64,000 bases of DNA from assembly GCA_004431415.1 (NCBI GenBank), contig QPMI01000484.1, positions 62,001-126,000 on the forward strand, given 5' to 3'. Of this stretch, positions 48,090 to 59,513 are shown one piece after another. This stretch comes from Cyanophora paradoxa CCMP329 (Eukaryota > Plantae > Glaucophyta). The first letter of the stretch is position 1. Each line of letters starts with the position of its first letter. The position numbers and the translations under genes are program-made. The notes below the pieces were generated by a model. That model was given only the letters and a program-made list of their open reading frames with translations. It searched no databases and was not told the origin of the DNA.

Positions 48090-51000
48090 ATGCTAGCTGC
48101 GGACATCGCAAAGAGCTTAGCTGGGTCTGTGCCACCTACGGGGGCGACAAGCCTGCGGGCAACGCAGGCAGGGCCCGCTGTAGGGGGGTACGCGGTCCCC
48201 CTATCCTGCCTAAACTACGACGACGAGGCCGGCGTAGCGAGCTGCCTATGAGCAGCGATCGACGCGGCCTGCGCCGCAGCTTGGGGGGCGGGGGCGGCCG
48301 CGGGGGCGGCCCGCAGCGGGCCGGAGCCGGCCAGCAGGAGGGGCTTGAGGCGGAGCCCTGCGTCCACGCCCGAGAGGAACCGCAGGAGGATGAGGAGGAA
48401 CCTAGAGCTGATCAGCCCTGCAAATCTGCCTGTTGCCCGAGAGCTGATCGGCCCTGCAGGGTGACATCCCGGCAGTGTGGTACGTGTGTGCTGACTGCTC
48501 GCGCTCTTCTCACCCGCTGATCATCGGATTTGATCCCTCTCAACGTCCAGGGGCGCACTGATGTGAGTGCCGCTGTGTTCGCGTCGCGTACCCGCCCGCG
48601 CGGCCGAAATGCGCCCCGAAGCCGCTCACGCACTTCAAACAGGTGCTCGGTCGCCGGCATGGCCGGTGAGATCGTGACCAAGTGCGCCCCAGCTAACGGA
48701 TCAAATTCGAAATCAAACTCGAATCCGCTGAATTCGAACCCGGGGCAGCCCGTTCGACGTCGTCCGCACGCGCCTGCACCTCGACGCCAAGCGGTACCAG
48801 GGACCCATGGACTGCCTCATGAAGATCGCCAAGAACGAGGGCGTACCCGGCCTCCTCAAGGGCGCGTACCCCGCCCCGCCTCGCCCCGCCCCGGTGGGGC
48901 CGGCCGGCCGGCTCTTAGCGTGCGTACCCCGCAGGCTGCGGGGCGGCGCTGGGCCAGGAGGCCGTGGCCACCACGTTCGGCCTAGGTAAGCACCGGCGGC
49001 CTCGCTCGGACACCTCTTGACCTTAGGCCGTGGATTAGCCGCGTCGTCCGTACTAGCTCGTCGAGTTACTCTTGCGAAAATGACCCCTGCCGCAACCAAC
49101 AGGCATCGTGCCCCCCGTCCTGAAGTTCTTCACCAGCGTTCGCTACCCCCCCCATTCCTCCCCCCTCCCCCTCCGCTCGGCTCGAGCGAGCCGTACCCAT
49201 CCCGCAGAAGGACAAGGGCCACATCCCCGTCTACAAGCGCCTCCTCGTCGGCGGCCTCTGCGGCTGCATATCCGCCCTCTTTGTCAATCCGGTACCCCCC
49301 TTCCTGCTTATTCTTGTTCCCCTTGCTCCCGCCTCCGGGGTATCAAAGCGGCCCGCGCGCAGTTCGAGGTCATCAAAAGCCGCTCGCAGTCCGATTCCGC
49401 GGAGGGCAACAAGGGCGTCGTCCAGGCGCGTACCCCCCTGAACTTCTTCCCCATCCCCTTCCCTCACGCCCCGCAGATCGCGCGCGACATCCTTGCCGGC
49501 CCCGGCGGCTTCTTCGCGCTGTACGAGGGCGCTCCGGTCACGTGCGCCCCCACCCATCTGCGCCCGTACCCCCCTATGACTCATCCTACCCCCAGGATGG
49601 CCCGCGCCTCGATGAACTGCGCCCTCACCACCACCGGTACCCCCCCTCCTCCCCTGCCATCCGTCGCTCCTACCCCCTACCCCCCTAAACATCTCCCCCC
49701 CCCTCCCCCCTCCCAGCGTACTCGCTGTTCCGCAACTTCGCGGTGAACAAGGGGATGTTCTCTGAGGGTCCCGGGCTCGACACCGCCGCGGGTTTCTTCT
49801 GCGCTACCGTCACCTGCTCCATCCTTAACCCGTCCGCGCTTCCCCCCTCCCCCCCCCTCTTTTTCGAATTTGATCTGAGAGTGTACCCCCGCAGGGTCGA
49901 CGTCGTTCGCGCCCGCCTCTGTGCGTGTCCCCCGCCCTTCCCGCCCATCCCGCCGAGCCGCCCTGATCCGGCCGTACGTACCCCAGACAACCAGCCGCGC
50001 GCGGCGGACGGCTCCGGGGTACGTACCCCCTTCCCTCCTTCCTTCCCTCTGCCTTTCAAGCGAACGAACGTTCGGCCCTCCAGGCGCTCTACAAGAACCC
50101 GCTGGAGGCCCTCCTGAAGGTCCTAGAGAAGGACGGGCCGAAGGGGCTCTACGCGGGCCTGCTGACCTCGCTGATCGTGACGGCGCCGGACCGCGTGGTT
50201 ACCTTCAGCGTGATGGAGTGGATGCGCCGCGTCGTCAAGGCGGCCCTCGTCGCCCGCCGGCGCCTCCTCGCCGCCGACCTCGCGTTCGCGGCCGTCGACG
50301 CCGACGGCAACGGCCGCATCGACCTCGCCGAGCTCGAGGCGGCGTTCGCCGCCGCGTTCCCCCCGGAGCACTCCGGCGTCGCCGCGGCCAAGTGCGATCG
50401 AGCCCGGAAGAAGGGGTACGCGATCTCACGCGGCTGGCGGGCGGGGGGTACAGGTACTCCGCGTTCGTGAAGGAGGGCGCCGCGAAGCTGATGGCGGAGG
50501 GCGACGGGGACGGGGACGGCTCCATCGACAAGAAGGAGTTCGCGAAGATCTCGACCGCCCTCGTCGACCTCGTCAAGAGGCGCACGCGCTCCTCGGCTTC
50601 GATTCCGATTTCCCGCCAAATTTTGAATTTTCAAACATTTGATCCGATCCGGGCGCAGGCGGAGCCAGGAGGAGGCCTTCAAGGAGTACGACGTGGACGG
50701 GGACGGCCGCCTGACGCTCGACGAGGTCCTCACGGCGCTCCGCACCGTCGCTCCCGAGCGCCAGAACCGCTTCCTCAAGCAGGAGCAGTACGAGAAGGTG
50801 GGCGGGGCCCGCGCCGGGTCCGCGGGTTCGAATCGGGCCGCTCGTACTGAGCCGGGGTACGCCTTTCAGGTCCTGGAGCACGACGCGCGCAAGATCTTCA
50901 AGAAGGTGCGCCGGCTTCTTCCCCCTCCCCCCCCCTCGAACCTTACGGGGGTACACGCAGGCGGACGCGGACGGGAACGGGTACGTCTCGTTCGAGGAGT

Positions 51001-51095
51001 TCGCGAAGGTGATCGACGACACGCTGGACCTGGAGACGGGCCGCGCCCTCGGCGCCTGGCTCCGCACCGCCGGCGTCAGCGCCGTCCAGCCCTAG
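48090..51095 (+). CDS. Mitochondrial carrier (SLC25; OAC1/SLC25A34-35-like) fused to four C-terminal EF-hands; spliced
   Basis: Three PX[DE]XX[KR] motifs (NPFDVVRTR, NPFEVIKSR, NPVDVVRAR), EGVPGLLKG, ARLYNQP, DGPKGLYAG. Then DADGNGRIDLAE, DGDGDGSIDKKE, DVDGDGRLTLDE, DADGNGYVSFEE and a stop at 51093-51095. Start at 48090 is the likeliest ATG. Confidence 0.88.
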
Positions 51096-51332
51096 GCCCA
51101 GTACTAGTCCCACGAGTCCCGCTCGCCCCCGAACTGCACCCGGCCCCGCTGCGGCCGGCTCGCCTTTTTGCACAGCTCTTCGGCGCGCCCCGGCCCCATG
51201 GCCGCTTCCGTTTTTGTTTTTCAAATTTTGTTACTGTAGCTGCATGTAATCTGCTTTTCTAGATCTTAGTGTTGCTAACTTAGTAATGTGTCAGTAATCA
51301 TAATCATCATAATGTCTGCGGCGCGGTCGCAT

Positions 51333-52652
51333 CTAGAATTGCCTACGGAACCGCCTGGGATCGGCCTCGGATTCGGAGAGGTACCCCCCGCTGGGGCCGG
51401 CTCCGGTTCGGCCGCCTTCGGGGTACGAGAAGCGGGCGAGGGCGGCCGGCGCCGGCGGGGGCGCCCCCGATCCGGATCCGGGGCCCAAGAGCATGGAGGG
51501 GGGCGGGGGTAGGGCGCCGTAGGAGTGGGAGCGCCGGACGCGCAGATCGACCGGGTGGGGTACCAGGAGCACAGGCGTCTCGGGCCGGACGAGCGGAGGC
51601 CCGCCCGGCTGAAGCTGCATTCCTAGGGGTGGCAGGGGCGGCGGGCCGGGGGGGTAGAGGGCCGGGAGGGGCATGGGCTGTAGCGTGGGGTGCGGCGCGC
51701 CCTGAAGTATGCTATGGGAGCGCGAGCGCTGGAGGTCTGACGGCTGCAGCGAAAATTGGAGGGCTGAGGGGCCACCGGAGCCGGCGGGGGCGAGCGGGCC
51801 GATCCCGGGGGGGGCGGAGCGGCTCGCCTGCATCGTCGCCGCTTGCTGCTGCTGCTGCTGCTGATGCTGCTGCTGCGCGGCGGCGGCCGATGCGACCGCC
51901 GCCGCAATGACTCCGCCGAAACCGACGGGACCGGAGGGGACGGAGACGGGGGGTAGGGGGGCGCTTGGGGCGCGGGATCCGTCCGTGGGGGAGAAGGTGA
52001 AGGCGAGCGGGGGCGGCCCGCCCCGCCAGTCCGGGAGCGATGCGGGGCTGGAGGGCGTACCCGGCCCGCTGCCGCTGCTGGGGGCCCCGGACAGCAGCGG
52101 GGAGCGGGGCGCGGCGGTCTCGGCGAGGATTCGGAGGGACGGGGCGCGCTGCAGGGGGCCCGGCGAGTGCGAGAGCGAGCGTCCGGCCGGCGCCGAGGGG
52201 GCGCTCAGCAGCGGGCCCGACCGCCCGAAGGACCCCTCGCCTCCTGGGCTTGAGCGGAAGGGCGAGACCTCCCGCCCGCGCCGCGCGATGCGCGCCCGCT
52301 CGGCGAGGTGGGCCGGGGCCGGGGCCGGGGCCGGGCCCTCCTGGGGTACTGCGCCATCCGCATGGGCCGGCGCGGAGCGGGCGGGGGCGATGGAGGGGGC
52401 GGAGGCGGGGGCGGGGGCCTGGACGGGGCCGGAGCTGGCCTCGGCGGCGGGGAGTGGGCGGGACTGTACGGGGGAGGACGAAGAGGCGGAGCGGAGGGAA
52501 GGCGCCCGCCGCATAAGGGCCATCACCTGCGGTACCCCCCTCAGGGCTCAGAAAGGGGGGGGGGGGGGGGGGGGGGGGGGGGGTACGGGGGCTCGCTCGC
52601 CTCGGCCATGCGGCCCCTGCGGAAGGCGGCGCCGGGCGTGTCGGCGGGCGGG

Positions 52653-52685
<33 letters not shown>

Positions 52686-54961
52686 GCAACGGCTGCGGCG
52701 GCGGCGGAAGCGGAGGCGGAGGCGGAGGAGGCGGAGGAGAGGGCGGCGCCCGGGCGGCGAGCGCCTGCGAAGCTTCGGACGCGGGTCGCTTCCCGCTGGG
52801 CCACCTGTTGAGAACAAAGACAGAATCTCATAAGCGCCTATAAGAAAGAATGACAGAATCTCATAGAAACGGACCGTGCCGGATCCGACCTCGCGCTCCA
52901 GCTTCTCGGCGGCCCAGCGCGCCCGCAGGAGCTGCGGGGGGCGCGCCGCCAGCGCTCAGAGATTGCAGACGGAGGAGAAGGAGGAGACAGAGTTCTATCA
53001 TTCATTCTCATAGGCGCTTGTACTCAAAAAAAAACTTTCTTTCTCATAGGCGCTCAATAGATTCTATCTTTCTTTCTCTTTCGCACCTGGAAGGCGCGCC
53101 GCCAGCGCTCGCGGGGCCGCATCTTGGCGAGGTAGCGCCCCCCCTCGGCCGCCTGCATCTCCCTCACCTGGAAGAGAGTTAGTAGGACTCTATCGTTCTT
53201 TCTTCTAGGTGCTTATGAGATTCTATCGATCTTTCCTTCTTACATACCTCCTCCACGAGTTTACGGTCCTCGAGGGCCGTCGCACGGAGCGCGTCCAGGA
53301 TGCGCTGCTGCTTCTTGTGGGCCTCGTCGGGCCAGACCGCCGCGGACACTGCGGCCCGGCTCGGATCAAATGTGGAGGGCTCAGGCTATTTATCATATCG
53401 GGGCGCGCCGGCCTCGGTGAGGAGCGGGTCGTCGGTCGCGCCCTGCAGGGCGTAGGGGTAGATCGCAGAGAGCGCCTCCTGCGCCAGCGCCGACGGCCGG
53501 TGCTTCGCTGAAGTTCGACGAAGTCAGACAGGAGAGAGGGGGGGGTACAGGAGAGGAGAGGAGGCGGGCGGGGCGCACTGTTGCGGCAGACGGCGGCGAC
53601 GGTGATGGCAGCCTCCCTAAACGAGCGGCCGGCGGGTCCCACTTTTACGGCCTCGATCAGCCGCGGCATCGCCCCTGCGTCCGTCCGGCCTTAAAAGAAG
53701 AAAAAAAGATAAAAATAGATAGAAGGGGTACCCCTGGAGACGATGGTGTCCTGGACGCGCTCCTCCCCGCAGAGGGAGCAGAGCGCGCCGACGGCGGCCC
53801 GCTCCGCCTCCGCAAAGTGGGGACCCGGCGCCGCCGGGCGCTGAAGAGAGTTAGTAGGATTCTATCTTTCTTTCTTCTAGGCGCTTATGAGATTCTATCT
53901 TTCTTTCTTCTAGGCGCTTATGAGATTCTATCTTTCTTTCTTCTAGGCGCTTATGAGATTCTATCTTCTTTCTTACCTCCGCGACGAGGCGGGCGCAGAG
54001 GACGTCGGCGATGCGGCGGCTCACCAGCGCCGCCCGGCCCCGCTCTGCAAGAAGAGCAACTCGACTCAGACTTGGGACGGCAAATCTTAAGCTCTCTTCA
54101 GCTTAGCTCAAGCTGAGCTTAAGCTCAAGTAATTAAGCGTAATTAATCAGCTTAGCTTCAGCTCAAGTACTTAAGCTTAATCTCAAGCTAATCTTAAGTA
54201 CTTAAGCTTAATCTAAGGGGGTACGTATCATGTATGCGCGTTTTACGCACCGGCGGTGGCGAGGAGGCGGACGGCGGTGGCGCCGTTGAGGCGGACCTCG
54301 TCGATGGGGTAGTTGACCGCCATGCGGAGCACCTGCGCGGGGGCGGGCGCGGGAGCGCGCGGCTCTGACTCAGCCTCTGAGCTCGAGTTCGGAGCGGAGC
54401 GTGCGGGGCCAGGCTAAGCTTAAGCTGAGCTAAAGCTGATGCGGAGCCAGGCTAACGCGCCTGAACGACGAGGGGCGTGGCGCCGTCGTCGGAGAAGCCG
54501 ACCTCGGCCTCCTCGCGGCGCCCCGGGACGGAGAGTAGCGCCGCGTGCAGCGCGGGGACGCTCGCCAGCCTCACCTTAGGATCGAAGTTAGTTTAGTTAG
54601 TTAGTTAGGTGGCTAGGTGGCTCGAAAGGCTTGCGGCGGGGCGGAGGAACGAAGTTAGTTTAGTCGACCCTCAGGTGCGGCCAGCCGCACCTTAGGATCG
54701 AAGTTAGTTTAGTTGGTTTAGTTTAGGGCTAGGCTAGTTTGGGCTAGGAACGCACGAGAGCCAGGGAGGGCTTAGTTTAGGATCAAAGTTAGTTTAGTTA
54801 GTTTAGTTTAGGGCTAGGCTAGTTTAGGCCAGGAACGCACGAGAGCCAGGGAGGGCGGCACGCGGTACTCGTTCGACATGAACCTGAGAGGGGGAGCGCC
54901 GGATCAAATCGGAGCTCAAGCGAGGCGCGAGGCTGGGGGAGTAAAGGGGTGGGGTGGGGAT

Positions 54962-54999
<38 letters not shown>

Positions 55000-56591
55000 G
55001 GCTTCGGATCAAGGTTCAAGGTGAAGCGAAGCGATTATGCCGGAGCGGAGACAGGAGGAGGGAAACGCGATATATGCTAGAAATGTGCTATAGCTACGGA
55101 AATTAAAGCGCGCACGGGTCGGTGAGGTCCTCGAGGAGCCTCTCGTGGAGGCCGGCCTTGACGAGCGCGCGGCAGCCGCCGGCGGCGCGGCAGACCCCCG
55201 CCACGCAGCGGTAGACCGCCTGGTGCGCCTCCACGTCGTCCCGCAGCCGCTCCTGCGGAGGAGGTAGGATGAAGGGGAGGAGGAGGCATCGGGTGCAGAT
55301 GGATTGGATTAGGATAGTGGCTTGGGTAGATTCGAGCTCGGAGAGGCGGGATGAAAGGCTCAGGGCCTCGGGATGAGCTAGGGGAGGCGGGACGAATCGA
55401 GCGCGCACGAGGATGCTGAACATGTCCTGGACGCTCCACACCGCCCGCACTGCCTCCGCCGGCTTGGCTGCGGCGCGGGGACGGATCAGTTGTTTTCGGC
55501 GCAGCGATCGAATTCGTTCGAGGGGGTACGAGGTACGGGCGCACCGTTCTCAGCGTTGGAGAGCAGCGCGGAGATGCAGAGGAGGGCGCGCACTCGCGCC
55601 TCGGGGTCCGCCCCGCGCGCCGTCTGCGGCGCCGGCGCCGGCAGCCCTTCAGATTTGAAAACATTTGATCGCCTTGAAATTTGATCTTAGAGGTCTTCCT
55701 CTCGAGCAGGAGGGACGCACGGCGGCGGTAACGAGGAAGACGAGCACAGCCTTGTCGCCCGCCGCCTCCGCCCGCGCCGGCGCGCCTTCCCGAATTCAAA
55801 TTTGAATGAATTTGATCCGAGCAACGGGAGGGCGGAGAGGAACGCGGAGACAGCGCACTGGAGGCTAGGAGCCGAGCGAGGTCGTCCAGGGGCTTGAACG
55901 TGTCCGCCGGGCCGCTCGCGTTCTGAAGGACGCCGAGGAGGTGGTGCACCTCCGCGCGCCGCTCCGTGCCGCGCGACCGGACGCTCTCCCCTGCGCGTAC
56001 GCGGCGCGGCGCGTTTGCGGCGAGCTTGAGCTATGAGCGGAGCGCCGCGCACCTTCTTCGGGGGCGGGCGCCGCGAGGAATGAGACCCGGGAGCTGGCCG
56101 AGGCGCCGGAGCCGCCGGCCGCGACTTCTTTGAACTGGGCCCACGCCTTCGCGGCCATTGCCGTGATCTCGTTCTTGGGGACGACCAGCGCGCTCGCCGC
56201 GTTTCTGGCCCGCCGCTCCGTCTTGATGAAGTCCTCCGCCTGCGGGCGGGCGCGTTGCGTCGACGTCGGCGGCACGTCGATCGGCGGCCGCGGTGGGTCG
56301 CGACGAGCGGGGCGTGGGCGGCGGTGGGAGGGAGCGGGCCCGCCGCGTCTCGCGCACCGCATGTTCAGGCTCCTTCTCGTGCGTGCGCCGCGTCTCGAGC
56401 AGGTACGCCTCGTAACGTCGTGTGATGGCCCCGATGCTGCCCTCTGCGTCCCGCTCCTTCGCCAGCCGCTGGCGGAGCGCATTCAGGTCGGTCGCTCCTT
56501 TGAACGCGCGGGGGTCGTTCGCGGCCAGCGTCGTCGGGCCGCCGCCGCGAGCGCCCCCTTGCGCTCCGGGGGTCGAGCCGCTCGCCCCCAT
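51333..56591 (-). CDS. Armadillo/HEAT-like helical repeat protein with a Pro/Gln-rich C-terminus; possible N-myristoylation
   Basis: MGASGS start. Helical exons include RVRALLCISALL, AVYRCVAGVCRAAGGCRALVKAGLHERLL, EVRLNGATAVRLLA, GAMPRLIEAVK. Exon structure is only partly resolved. Confidence 0.6.
53860..53972. repeat. 33-bp intronic tandem repeat (CTAGGCGCTTATGAGATTCTATCTTTCTTTCTT, ~3 copies)
   Basis: Directly visible. Related copies occur in three nearby introns. Confidence 0.9.
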
Positions 56592-56868
56592 CGCCCGAGC
56601 TGGCGCCCCGGATCCCCGCTACCGCATCAGCAGCTCATGCCAGCGAGCGCTGGGTGCATCCTCGCCGCTGGCTGCCGCTCTTCAAGCGAGTCGATCCGGG
56701 AGCGGAACCGGCCAGCTAGCTACCCCTAGCTCGGCTATGTGCACTTGATGCAGCCGAGCTGCCGCGTGAGCAGGAGAGCGCAAACCTGGGCCGGCGTGAG
56801 CTTTGCAGGCTTCGCAGCCGAAACGCGATACCCGGGCCCTGAAGCGGACCACTAGCTTTAGCGGCACG

Positions 56869-58401
56869 ATGGGCCTGCTGCGCGAGATCTTCGTCGACCC
56901 CGCCGCTCTCGCGTTCGCCATCTGCGACGTTTGCAAGGACGTCCTGGATGACCCGGTGCGCTGCATGCCGGCCAGGATCCTGCGGCTCGCATTGCGCGCC
57001 GCTCACTTCCCGCCCCGCAGGTCAGCGTGAGCTGCGAGCTCGAGCACCCCTTCTGCAGGGTTTGCGCCGAGGCCGCTCTCAGCGCCGCCGGCGAAGCCCA
57101 CTTCTGCCCAACGTACGCGCGGTCCGCCCTGTCCGCGGCTGTCCACCATTCCAACGCGCGTTCCCAGGTGCAAGGCGGAGATCGCGGCCGACAGGACCCG
57201 TCCGGAGAAGGCGCTGCGCCGGGCGATTGGAACGCATTCAACCTAGTACGTCCCCCGCGCGCGCCGATCCTTTGCCTTCGTCGTTTCTCATCACCGGCGG
57301 AGCGCAGCTGCAAGAACAAGGACGACGGCTGCGACTGGACGGGGCCGCTCGCCGACCGCGGCACGCACGTCGAGTCGTGCCCGCTCTCGCGCGGGCACTG
57401 CCGCGGCTGCGACGCCGCGATGCCCCTCGTCGACCTCGCGGTGCCCGCTGCGCGCTCGTTCGTGCGCGAATTCGAAACCCCGCGCGACGCTCGCGCGCGG
57501 ATCAAATTAGATCCACGAGGCGGAGTGCAAGCTGGTCCCGCGGCCCTGCAGCAACTCCGACATCGGCTGCCGCGAGCTCGTCTCCTCCGCCAACGCCGAG
57601 CAGCACCTTGGTGCGCGCGCGCGGGCCGCCCTGCTCTCTAAAGCCGCGCGTGAGCTTCCTGAGCCGCGCGCGCGCAGCGGAGTGCAGAAGGCGCTGAGGG
57701 GAGCGGCTGCTGGCGGCCGAGTCGGAGGCGGAGCGCGAAAGGGAGCGCGCCGAGCTCGAGCGGGCCCGCACGGTGCGCGGAAGCTTAGCGACCTTTATAG
57801 CGCCCGCGCCGCCTCACTCACTCGCGCTTGCGCTCGGCGTGCAGGCGCAGTCCGTATCGTTCCGCGTCGTGTACCCCGGTTACCAGGAGGCCGTGAAGGC
57901 GCTGAGGGAGGCGGGGCACGGCCCCGGCAGCCCCGGCGCCGTCCTCACCGCCCGCCCGGAGAACACGCACCCCCAGGGCCTCCCCTGGCGCGCCGCGCTC
58001 ATTCCGCGCCAAGACCCTCGCTCACGTACGAGTGCAGGAGCCTGGACATTTACCCCCTGGGCAAGATCGGCCTGGATCGCGATTCTCTGGCCGTGGAGCT
58101 CAAGCACGCGCCGGCTGCAGCGGCTGCAGCGGCGGCCGGCGGCGGTCCCCCAGCGGCCGTCAAGGCCTGCTTTAGCGTGACGCTCCTGAGCGGGAGCCAG
58201 GGGCGGCCGGGCGGCGCCAGGCACCAGCACCACTTCCAGTACCCCGCCGTGGAGTTCGGGGCCGGCTCCGGGTCCGGGGCGCCCCCGGCCTCCTGCTTCC
58301 CCCTCGGGAAGCTGCAGGCGATCGCGAACCCGGCGACGGGGATCCTCCAGAACGGGGCCCTCCACCTCTTCGTAGCCGTCTGGCCCGAGCCGCCCGCGTG
58401 A
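56869..58401 (+). CDS. TRAF-like protein: RING finger, TRAF-type zinc fingers, coiled coil, MATH-like C-terminal domain; spliced
   Basis: ICDVCKDVLDDP|VSVSCELEHPFCRVC...CPT; CKNKDDGCDWTGPL...HVESCP; HEAECKLVPRPCSNSDIGC; beta-rich end ILQNGALHLFVAVW. Confidence 0.75.
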
Positions 58402-58685
58402 CGTCACCGGGCGGCTCGCCGGGCGAGGGCGTGCAGGGCCGGGGCGCGGCTCCCTTTCCCTTCCCCCTGCCACCCGGCCGCCCGCGTGACGGGCGCCGGG
58501 CGGCTCGGCGGGCGGGGCGGGGGCGCGGCCCCCACTCCCTTCCCCCTGCCACCCGGCCGCCCGCGTGACGTCACCGGGCGGCTCGCCGGGCGGGGCGGGG
58601 GCGCGGCCCCACTCCCTTCCCCCTGCCACCCGGCCCCCCGTGACGTCACCGGGCGGCTCGCCGGGCGAGGCAGGGGCGCGGCTCC
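58390..58685 (+). repeat. Tandem ~75-85 bp duplications spanning the stop codon and 3' UTR
   Basis: GTGACGTCACCGGGCGGCTCGCCGGGCG at 58398, 58565 and 58640, with a variant at 58486. Confidence 0.9.
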
Positions 58686-58877
58686 GATTCCGTTCCCCCC
58701 GCCCTTCCGCCTTCGAGCTCACGAAAAATACTCGCCCCCACCTCCCCGCCCCACCCCCACCCACCACTACCACCCCTTCCATCGAGCCCCAACCCCCGGC
58801 CCCCAATCACCCCGGCGGCTGCCCCGCCGTCCGCCGCGCGTGCCGTGCAGCTTTACAGCGACCCCCCCCCCCCCCCA

Positions 58878-58914
<37 letters not shown>

Positions 58915-59513
58915 CGGCTCATCATCTCTCCGGTCTCCCTCGAGCACTCTCACGAACATCCACCCCACCCCACCCACCCCCCACCCCCCACCCCCGCCCC
59001 CCACCCCACCCATCCCCCACCCCCACCCCGCCCCCCACCCCTCCCCCCATGGCCACCCCCTCCCCCTTTCCATCCACGCCCGATCGTGAGCCGCCCGCTT
59101 GACACTCGCCGGGCTGTGGCTCCTCCCAACTCAACCCGCGCCCACCACGGGCGCTTCGTTCCGTAATTTACCCCCCACTCCACCCCGCACCGGCCGGAAT
59201 TCGACCCTTTGAGAGCACAGCCGCCGCGCACATAGATTGCGATTGGCTGATTTATTGAAGTTCGAAACAGGAAATAAAAGACAATCAATGCGCAAGCTTA
59301 AGGTCGAATTTAATTATGCAACGAGTACATCACTCTCATTTACTGCCTGCAGCTGTCAACATTACATCTCTAGATATCCTAGGCCTGAATCCATGCATAT
59401 GGCGGAATCGAAATCGAAATCGAATTCGAAAGATGTATGCATATGCGAGGAAGGGGGGGGGGGGGGGGGGGGGGCGATCGCGATCGCCGCGTTTAAAGCG
59501 GAGTGCAGTCGGC

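Noticed and set aside
48056-48570. Repeated AGAGCTGATCAGC in the carrier 5' region/intron as a possible TPP riboswitch or snoRNA
   Set aside because: Lacks the CTGAGA and ACCTGAT...AATG core spacing and clear C/D boxes. More simply a local duplication.
53860-53972. 33-bp repeats resembling a CRISPR array
   Set aside because: Head-to-tail with no unique spacers, inside a spliceosomal intron, and no cas genes.
58399-58648. Three TGACGTCA (CRE-like) palindromes
   Set aside because: They arise from duplication of the stop-codon context in a 3' UTR, with no evidence of promoter function.
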